Below, in pieces: positions 1-5,362 of a stretch of DNA of 31,226 nucleotides (the first letter of the stretch is position 1; the number at the start of each line of letters is the position of its first letter). The position numbers and the translations under genes were made by a program. The DNA is from Candidatus Calditenuaceae archaeon (GTDB taxonomy: Archaea; Thermoproteota; Nitrososphaeria_A; Caldarchaeales; Calditenuaceae), in the NCBI GenBank assembly GCA_025059595.1, contig JANXDI010000009.1, positions 1 through 31,226 on the forward strand, given 5' to 3'. The notes under the pieces are model-generated. The model searched no databases and was not told the DNA's origin. It worked only from the letters and a program-made list of their open reading frames with translations.

Positions 1-1269
1 CGAGGCCATGACCTCCAATGCCCGCGTCTTACCGCTGCGGAATGGCCCAAGGAAGCATAGGTATGGCGTGGACACCCTCACGGAGTCGCAGAAATAGCTC
101 CAACCGATGCATGCGGTCATAACGTGGTAGGCGTCATCGCTCCTCGGATTATCATAATACTCTTTGATGAATTCGAGCGTCTCGCGCCAGAGGCCATGGT
201 CCTCGGATATGGCCTCTGGGACCCCGGGCAGATACTCGAGGTATGGCAGGTCCGGGTATGGCCTCATCTCGGCATCGCCTGAGACCAGCCGCTCGCAGAC
301 CTCGAAGCTGCCGGTTGACGGCGCGAATACCAAGAGCCTCGGCCTCCCCTCATCGCCTAACACAACCTCGATGAGTCTCCCATCGTCTAGAACCTCCCCG
401 CCCACCACGTATCCCACTCGCCTCCTGTCCGCGGCCTGTCCCTCGAGGAGGGGCCAGACCTCGAAGTGTTCCACGGTGGGCTTCGGCAGCACCTCGAGGA
501 ATTCGCGTAGCCGGTCGCGGCCCACGATGCTGGCCAGCTCCTCGATCAATCCGGATATGCCCTTGACTTGATCCAGCGGCTTACGATACGTGTCATCGAG
601 CGCTCGCAGCCGATCTTTCAGCTCAGAATCATTGGCGAGGAGGCATATCGACTTGACGACCACCGCGGCCTCGAGCCTCGGGACACGTGATTTCCGCAAG
701 TATCCGTTCAGCCAGAGCGAGATGTTGTGTCTATGGCCTTCATCCCAGGCCTCGGCGAATCTCAGGATCAATTGTTCATGCCTCGCGACCGCCTCCACTA
801 TGGCCTCGAGGAGCATCAACTTGTCCTCGCCGACCTCGGCTATCGCCGCCTCCTCCGGGTCGCAAAGAAAGCGGTATTCGTGGCCATCCACCCTGGATGG
901 CGGGGCCACGACCTGGCACCCCTCGGCGAGTAGCTGTATCAGCCTGCCCCTCTTATTCGTCTCGGGGTAATGGCCTTTCGGGGCCGCGAAGTAGAAGTGG
1001 ACCCCGCGCCTCGTTTCAACGATCCATGTCCGAGAATTAAATTCGTCTAGGATAAGGGGCGCCAGCCTTCTATCGTCAACATCTACTATGAATAATGGCC
1101 GCTCAATCCGGATCCCGACATTATCGCCATCCTCGAATCCCTCGATCAAAAAGTCTCTCGGGAGGCTGGGCCACTTCTCCACCTTCGGGGCCTTCGAATT
1201 CCTCCTCAGAGGAATCGGCGTGAGGCCATGGCTGAGATATAACTCGATGTATTCTCTAGACGCGTTCAT
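1..1269 (-). CDS. Replication protein: archaeo-eukaryotic primase-polymerase (prim-pol) domain fused to a P-loop NTPase/helicase. Partial; the C-terminus is beyond the window.
   Basis: Hand translation of the minus strand gives an uninterrupted 423-codon frame from the ATG (complement of 1267-1269) to nt 1. It is absent from the track because it has no in-window stop. MNASREYIELYLSHGLTPIPL...FIVDVDD...TRRGVHFYF...VVAPPSRVDGHEYRF fits the prim-pol pattern (DxD, GxH, PPS) of pRN1 ORF904-type Rep proteins. A Walker A motif, GPFRSGKT, is encoded at nt 25-48. The plus-strand S/R/P-rich ORFs at 164-1040 are its antisense shadows. Confidence 0.8.
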   Translation of the reverse strand, partial: MNASREYIELYLSHGLTPIPLRRNSKAPKVEKWPSLPRDFLIEGFEDGDNVGIRIERPLFIVDVDDRRLAPLILDEFNSRTWIVETRRGVHFYFAAPKGHYPETNKRGRLIQLLAEGCQVVAPPSRVDGHEYRFLCDPEEAAIAEVGEDKLMLLEAIVEAVARHEQLILRFAEAWDEGHRHNISLWLNGYLRKSRVPRLEAAVVVKSICLLANDSELKDRLRALDDTYRKPLDQVKGISGLIEELASIVGRDRLREFLEVLPKPTVEHFEVWPLLEGQAADRRRVGYVVGGEVLDDGRLIEVVLGDEGRPRLLVFAPSTGSFEVCERLVSGDAEMRPYPDLPYLEYLPGVPEAISEDHGLWRETLEFIKEYYDNPRSDDAYHVMTACIGWSYFCDSVRVSTPYLCFLGPFRSGKTRALEVMAS

Positions 1270-1420
1270 GGCTAACCTCACCCAACAAGACGAAGACCGG
1301 CTGCGGAGAGACCTTCCGGTAGAGGACTCTGCCGCCCCTGGATGCGATGTGGGCCGATAGCTCCCTGAGTATGGCCTCCACGTCTCCATGCGTGAATATT
1401 ATTATGCCCCGCCTGGCCAT
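1256..1420 (-). CDS. Hypothetical small protein (54 aa) translationally coupled to Rep.
   Basis: The sequence MARRGIIIFTHGDVEAILRELSAHIASRGG... starts at an ATG at 1420, with GAGGAG 8 nt upstream. The upstream gene's stop (1423-1425) ends 2 nt before this ATG. Its own 3' end overlaps the Rep start by 14 nt. No family was recognised. Confidence 0.4.
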   Translation of the reverse strand: MARRGIIIFTHGDVEAILRELSAHIASRGGRVLYRKVSPQPVFVLLGEVSHERV

Positions 1421-1422
1421 CG

Positions 1423-2160
1423 TCAACACTCCTCGCGGATATATATCCATGAGCGGTGAAGTCGTCTACATATCTGGCAGTTATACTCGATCGTGGAAAC
1501 GTGTTCCTTTACCTCGGGTAGGCCCACTACCAGGCCCCGGAAAATTAGGGTGAAGAAGCCCCCGCGCTTGGCCTCGACTACCCTTAAAAATTCCTCGACC
1601 AGGCCACGGAGGTCGTGGCCCTCGTTCATCACGGCCTGGCATATCTGATTTTTTAGCGCCTCGATGGCCTGCTCGGCGTTTGGGCACGCATCGTAAATCG
1701 AGAAGGCTAGTTGTGGGGGCGCGTAGGGCGGCGCGAGTGAGTCAACGTAGTAGTCGATGTCAAATGGGTGGCCGGGCTCGGTGACCCCATAGATCTTTGC
1801 GGGATACCTCCTGCCCTCGCACTCCACCGTTAATTCCTTCCCCCTAGTGAGGTATTTGTCCAGGCCGAGTTCTCTAAACTTTGCTAGACGCGCCTGATTC
1901 CCCTTGATCGAGTCCCACTTGGGGGTGTCGCGGGTCTCCGATAGGAGGTAACGACTGATCAGCTTCTTTTCGACGCCGAGGCGGATCCCCATAAGGGCCT
2001 CCTCAGCGAAATTCCTCGAGACCCTCTCGGGGTCGATGTCCGGAAAATGCCTCATAAACTCCTTCAGGGTCCGAAGCTCCGGCGGAAGCTCCCCGTCATC
2101 CGCATTCTCCAAGTAGTCTCTGAGGCGCATCGGCGGCCGCCACTTGACCAGCACCCTCAC
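1423..2160 (-). CDS. Hypothetical protein (245 aa) in the replicon operon.
   Basis: This is a long ORF in the same orientation as Rep. Its GTG start overlaps the AbrB-like stop (GTGA at 2157-2160); an alternative ATG lies at 2130. The composition is coding-like. No family was recognised by eye. A CQIC motif lies near the C-terminus. Confidence 0.55.
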   Translation of the reverse strand: MRVLVKWRPPMRLRDYLENADDGELPPELRTLKEFMRHFPDIDPERVSRNFAEEALMGIRLGVEKKLISRYLLSETRDTPKWDSIKGNQARLAKFRELGLDKYLTRGKELTVECEGRRYPAKIYGVTEPGHPFDIDYYVDSLAPPYAPPQLAFSIYDACPNAEQAIEALKNQICQAVMNEGHDLRGLVEEFLRVVEAKRGGFFTLIFRGLVVGLPEVKEHVSTIEYNCQICRRLHRSWIYIREEC

Positions 2161-2306
2161 CTCACCTCCGCCGGCTCGATCACTATGCGGCCATCTTCCT
2201 TTCTAAGCCAGATATACGCCACATCATCGGATAGTAGCTTGGGTGGTATGACGACCGCCCTGCTTGGCCCGATGCGGATTACCCGCTTCAGGATCTTCTG
2301 GTCCAT
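2157..2306 (-). CDS. SpoVT/AbrB-fold (MazE/VapB-like) small DNA-binding protein, 49 aa.
   Basis: It is too short for the track and was translated by hand: MDQKILKRVIRIGPSRAVVIPPKLLSDDVAYIWLRKEDGRIVIEPAEVR. The RxIxxGxSxAVxIPxxL core followed by GxIxIxP is the AbrB swapped-hairpin signature. It is the first gene of the Rep operon and sits about 27 nt from a TATA element. Confidence 0.55.
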   Translation of the reverse strand: MDQKILKRVIRIGPSRAVVIPPKLLSDDVAYIWLRKEDGRIVIEPAEVR

Positions 2307-2326
2307 CTGGACTTAGCCCTTTTCAG

Positions 2327-2342
2327 AATAAATTTAAATATT
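2327..2342. promoter_or_regulatory. Bidirectional TATA element between the Rep operon and the wHTH gene.
   Basis: The sequence is AATAAATTTAAATATT and contains the self-complementary ATTTAAAT. Its centre lies about 27 nt from the minus-strand ATG (2306) and about 25 nt from the plus-strand ATG (2360). Confidence 0.45.
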
Positions 2343-2347
2343 GCTAA

Positions 2348-3058
2348 ATGATACTTTTTATGATACAGATGGGTCGGAGGGCCGGCGTAAACTTCGAGAA
2401 GGCGGTCTTCGAGCTATTCCTACAGGGCCATTGCCTCAGGCCGGTGGACATCGAGAGGCTTCTGGGGGCCTCGCACCCCCACGTCATGAAGGTATTGAGA
2501 AAGTTCCGGGAGAGGGGTTGGATAAGGAAGGTGGGAAACCGCTATTCGCTCGCCTTCGAGGCTCTGCCGGCCTCGAGGAAGTCCGATGACCCGAGGAGGC
2601 TGCTGCTATACTACTTCTGGCTATTCCAGCAAAGGTTGAAGATTCTTAGGTCGATGCGTATCGAGTGGAAGGATCCTTATCTCAGAATTCCTCTTCCCAC
2701 GTATCTGAAGGCCCATCCCGAAGAGAACGTTTACGCCAAGTTCATAGAGAAATCATTGGAAGAAGTTTCGAGGGATGAAAGGCTCCTCAAGGTCTTGATG
2801 GAGGAGGGAATGCTGAGGGTGGTGGAGAGGGAGGAGGTAGACCCACATCTCGGCCCCATAATAATAGAGGAGCGCTACTATAAGGAGGCCGAGAACGAGA
2901 GAGACTACGGACTGTTCTACAAGCAGGTAATACCGCCTCAGAAGGTAAAGATCACGGAAGATGACGTAAATCGATTGGTCATGGATTTCCTGGTAAGAGT
3001 AGGCGAGATAGCTCGTTTAGAAGCTAAGAAGCTGCTACGTTTTTCCCCCTCTTCATAG
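2348..3058 (+). CDS. Winged helix-turn-helix DNA-binding protein, the putative element regulator.
   Basis: VDIERLLGASHPHVMKVLRKFRERGWIRKVGNRYSL fits a wHTH fold (MarR/ArsR/PlrA-like). The C-terminal ~150 aa are charged and unassigned. The TATA position favours the in-frame ATG at 2360 or 2369 as the true start. Confidence 0.65.
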   Translation: MILFMIQMGRRAGVNFEKAVFELFLQGHCLRPVDIERLLGASHPHVMKVLRKFRERGWIRKVGNRYSLAFEALPASRKSDDPRRLLLYYFWLFQQRLKILRSMRIEWKDPYLRIPLPTYLKAHPEENVYAKFIEKSLEEVSRDERLLKVLMEEGMLRVVEREEVDPHLGPIIIEERYYKEAENERDYGLFYKQVIPPQKVKITEDDVNRLVMDFLVRVGEIARLEAKKLLRFSPSS

Positions 3059-3084
3059 CGCTTCTTTTTCCTCTCCGCTTATTC

Positions 3085-3109
3085 TTGATACCTACAATTG
3101 TAGGTAACA
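3085..3109. promoter_or_regulatory. Operator-like repeat, copy 1 (TTGATACCTACAATTGTAGGTAACA).
   Basis: It contains the perfect 18-bp palindrome TACCTACAATTGTAGGTA (3089-3106). Copy 2 repeats the 25-mer with 2 central mismatches 79 bp downstream. Confidence 0.6.
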
Positions 3110-3163
3110 ATCAACATCGGCCTCGACAATATAAGTCTTATGGTTTTTGGGGCAAAGGTTTAT

Positions 3164-3188
3164 TTGATACCTACACCTGTAGGTAACA
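3164..3188. promoter_or_regulatory. Operator-like repeat, copy 2 (TTGATACCTACACCTGTAGGTAACA).
   Basis: It has the same ACCTAC/GTAGGT arms around a 4-nt spacer. It lies between an AT-rich TATA-like stretch (about 3154-3169) and the ATG at 3196. Confidence 0.6.
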
Positions 3189-3195
3189 TAGGGAA

Positions 3196-3423
3196 ATGCC
3201 TCGGGAAAAATCAAGCTTCACATGTCCAAAATGCGGCAAGACTGGTTTTTTGGTTAAGAAGCAGCTCAAGAATCATCGTTTTGGATACTTCTACGTGGGT
3301 CATAGATACCTCAGTGTTGACTCATGTGGATCGAGAAAATGGAAGATAAAATGGCATTATGTCGGGACAGACCACATCGTCCAGATAATCCCGAGCGAAG
3401 AACCAGTAAAAATAAAACAATAA
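3196..3423 (+). CDS. Small putative zinc-ribbon protein (75 aa).
   Basis: A CPKCG knuckle near the N-terminus is followed by later His/Cys residues (HRYLSVDSC). The ATG is 8 nt after operator copy 2. T-rich tracts follow the stop (3428-3442). No family was recognised. Confidence 0.5.
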   Translation: MPREKSSFTCPKCGKTGFLVKKQLKNHRFGYFYVGHRYLSVDSCGSRKWKIKWHYVGTDHIVQIIPSEEPVKIKQ

Positions 3424-3502
3424 ACCATTTTTTATTATTTTTCAGAAAACATAATTTATTTTGGGCTCAAAAAAATTTTTGCTACGTTTTTTCTCTCCCT
3501 AA

Positions 3503-3526
3503 CTGTCCATGCTGAGCTACGGGCCC
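3503..3526 (-). other. tRNA 5' fragment (positions 1-22): a putative att junction, or alternatively a split-tRNA 5' piece.
   Basis: The reverse complement reads GGGCCCGTAGCTCAGCATGGACAG. This gives the acceptor 5' strand GGGCCCG, then U8 A9, the D-stem GCUC and the D-loop AGCAUGGAC. The sequence then diverges (TTAGGGAGAG...). No D-stem 3' strand, anticodon arm, T-arm or CGGGCCC acceptor strand occurs in the next ~150 nt. Confidence 0.5.
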
Positions 3527-3544
3527 ATTTACGTCGCTATATCG

Positions 3545-3554
3545 AATATTTATT
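3545..3554 (-). promoter_or_regulatory. TATA box upstream of the tRNA fragment.
   Basis: The minus strand reads AATAAATATT, centred about 24 nt upstream of the G1 position of the fragment. Confidence 0.35.
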
Positions 3555-3752
3555 CCCGCCTATCGCCGTGATTCCTGAGCGCTTCAACACCGTCGTCACC
3601 GCCTCACTAGAGCGCCTTAATTAGAGATTATTTAGAGTTTAACTACTCGGTTGTCGGATTTTTGGGCAGACCTATCCACCCTGTCAATAGCTTGAAAAAG
3701 TTCACAAGAAGCGAATTAATACTACACACTCGATTGAACCGTGAAAACATTT

Positions 3753-4355
3753 TTACTCTCTGAGCAGTTTTGAGGAATTAAGAAATACGAATACGTCAGG
3801 AAGCGATTCTAAGGCGGCACCTAAAACTGGCCCGATAATGCCTATCGATGCGAGGCTCATTCCAATGAGGTCAAACAGGATACCAAATGTTATATTCTGT
3901 TTTATGGTGTTACGCGCCCTTCTGCCAATTTTGATGGCCTCGGGGATCTGATCCCAATTATCTTGCATCAGCACTACATGGGCGGCTTCAATAGCGACGT
4001 CAGTGCCAACAGCCCCCATGGCGATGCCTACATCCGCTTGGGCTAATGCTGGAGCGTCGTTGACTCCATCACCTATCATGGCAACACTTAACCCTCGAGC
4101 TTGCAAGGTTTTCACATATTCGATTTTATCTTCTGGAAGCATGCTCGCCCTATACTCTGAAATCCCTAATCGTTGAGCCACAGCTTTCGCGATCCACTCG
4201 TTGTCGCCGGTGAGCAAGACAATATGCTTTATGCCTAGTTTCCTGAGTCTTTCAACGGCCCTTGGCACTTCTTCTCTGAGAGTGTTTGTAACAGCAATTA
4301 GACCAGCCACTTGAGAACCGCGAGCCAATAAAATAACGGTTTTACCTTTGAGACT
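3753..4355 (-). pseudogene. 5'-truncated remnant of a P1B-type heavy-metal P-type ATPase (C-terminal ~200 aa only).
   Basis: The frame is open only from 4355, preceded by an in-frame TGA. The translation GKTVILLARGSQVAGLIAV...LLTGDNEWIAKAVAQRLGI...MIGDGVNDAPALAQADVGIAMG plus two terminal TM helices matches the C-terminal part of the P-domain, including the GDGxNDxP hinge, and the last TM pair. The metal-binding domain, the TM metal site, the A-domain and the DKTGT site are absent. Confidence 0.8.
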
Positions 4356-5182
4356 TCAGCTCCTCAATTTTCTTCAGCACCTCATTCCCCGTAGCCTCGA
4401 ATGAGTAGTTAACTCCCCCACCCGTTATCTTCTTTACAGCCTCGATCGAATCCTCTTTAGTAGCGTTTATGAGATGAGCTGCTCGAACTTGGCCGCCCAC
4501 CCAAGCTTCGTATCGTAAATATCTATTGCGATTATCTTCTCCGCGCCCGCGAGCTTTGCCCTTTGAACTATGTTCATTCCAACGCCTCCTAAACATATAA
4601 CTGCTACCGTTCTTCCCTCCTGCACTTTAGCGGTCTCGAGAGCTGCTCCAACTCCTGTTAAGACGGTGCAGCCAAGTATAGCAACCCTATCAAGCGGCAC
4701 GTCAACTGTCAGCAGGACCACATCCTTCTCGTGGAGCACTGCGTGGGAAGATAGGGCGGCGGCGGATGTGAAGTGATGTGTCGATGCTCCACTTTTATCT
4801 CTAATCTTCAGCTTCCCAGTAGGTAAAGTGGCATTTATTTTCGAGTTTAAGGCATTTTCGCGCAGATGGAACCTACCTGACAGATAATATTCACAGTTAT
4901 AACACGATGGCATCCAAATTGTGAAAACCTTGTCTCCCCCTTGACCGACTCGACATTTTCGCCAACCTCTACTACCGTTCCAGCCCCTTAGTGACCCGGA
5001 ACAATAGGTATCGGAATATCTGGACAATAGCCCCTAGCGAGTGAAAGGTCACTATGACAAACACCACTAGCCACTATACTTACAACAACCTCATCAGGAT
5101 CTGGTTCAAGTAGTTCAACTTCCTCCACGGATAACGGCTTACCATATTGACATATGACGGCGGATACACATTTATTAACCAC
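4342..5182 (-). pseudogene. Zinc-dependent alcohol dehydrogenase (MDR family) pseudogene.
   Basis: Three track ORFs in three frames together reconstruct one ADH: GVCHSDL...VPGH, then EVGENVESVK, then GGDKVFTIWMPSCYNCEYYLSGR...LGCTVLTGVGAA...VAVICLGGVGMN, then HLINATKEDSIEAVKKITGGGVNYSFEATGN. The lesions are an in-frame TAA where GAA (Glu of PGHE) is expected (4988-4990), a 1-nt loss in a G/C run (4936-4940), a second frameshift near 4483-4487 and a 3' truncation at ~4342-4355. Confidence 0.8.
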
Positions 5183-5295
5183 GAGGTCATTGATGAAATC
5201 TCTTAGATAAATTTTCCTCCTTATAAGTAGTTAATTGGCTTTTTCACCTCGAAGATTTCTCACAATCCGATTTCAAATGATTTAATTACTGCATT

Positions 5296-5319
5296 ATTAT
5301 TGACCTCATTATTGATCTC
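5296..5319 (+). repeat. Tandem 12-bp direct repeat, ATTATTGACCTC / ATTATTGATCTC.
   Basis: Two adjacent copies differ by one mismatch. The repeat ends 10 bp upstream of the TATA box of the first ABC cassette. Confidence 0.5.
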
Positions 5320-5328
5320 TAGACAAAT

Positions 5329-5338
5329 GTATATATAC
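5329..5338 (+). promoter_or_regulatory. TATA box of ABC cassette 1.
   Basis: The sequence is GTATATATAC, centred about 29 nt upstream of the ATG at 5363. Confidence 0.4.
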
Positions 5339-5362
5339 TGGTACATTTGGCTTTTTTTTACT

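Larger units (their letters stand above)
1..3526. mobile_element. Right-hand part of an integrated plasmid/provirus-like element (prim-pol replicon). The left end lies outside the window.
   Basis: The block contains a plasmid/virus-type replication operon, a divergent wHTH regulator, operator repeats and a Zn-ribbon ORF. It ends at a 24-nt tRNA 5' fragment. No integrase lies inside the window; if present it would be beyond the left edge. Confidence 0.55.

Noticed and set aside
164-1040. Four overlapping plus-strand track ORFs (135, 126, 117 and 68 aa), rich in Ser/Arg/Pro.
   Set aside because: Their composition is low-complexity, and they lie exactly antisense to an uninterrupted 423-codon minus-strand frame with clear prim-pol and Walker A motifs. 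They are shadow ORFs of a GC-rich gene.
3033-3492. The 12-mer TGCTACGTTTTT occurs at both 3033-3044 and 3480-3491. It was considered as a direct repeat flanking a sub-element.
   Set aside because: By a rough estimate, tens of coincidental 12-mer matches are expected among all position pairs in 31 kb. The flanks do not extend the match convincingly.
3140-3515. Track ORFs 3140-3349 and 3324-3515, which overlap the Zn-ribbon ORF and run into the tRNA fragment.
   Set aside because: They are AT-rich alternate frames without motifs. The second was checked as a possible SSV-type integrase fragment spanning the att site, but nothing resembles an integrase.
3380-3526. An intact tRNA gene with a non-canonical intron after position 22, as occurs in Thermoproteales and Thermofilum.
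   Set aside because: The ~150 nt downstream on the minus strand contain no D-stem 3' strand, anticodon arm, GGTTCRAATCC-type T-arm or CGGGCCC acceptor strand. The region instead carries the 3' end of the plus-strand Zn-ribbon gene.
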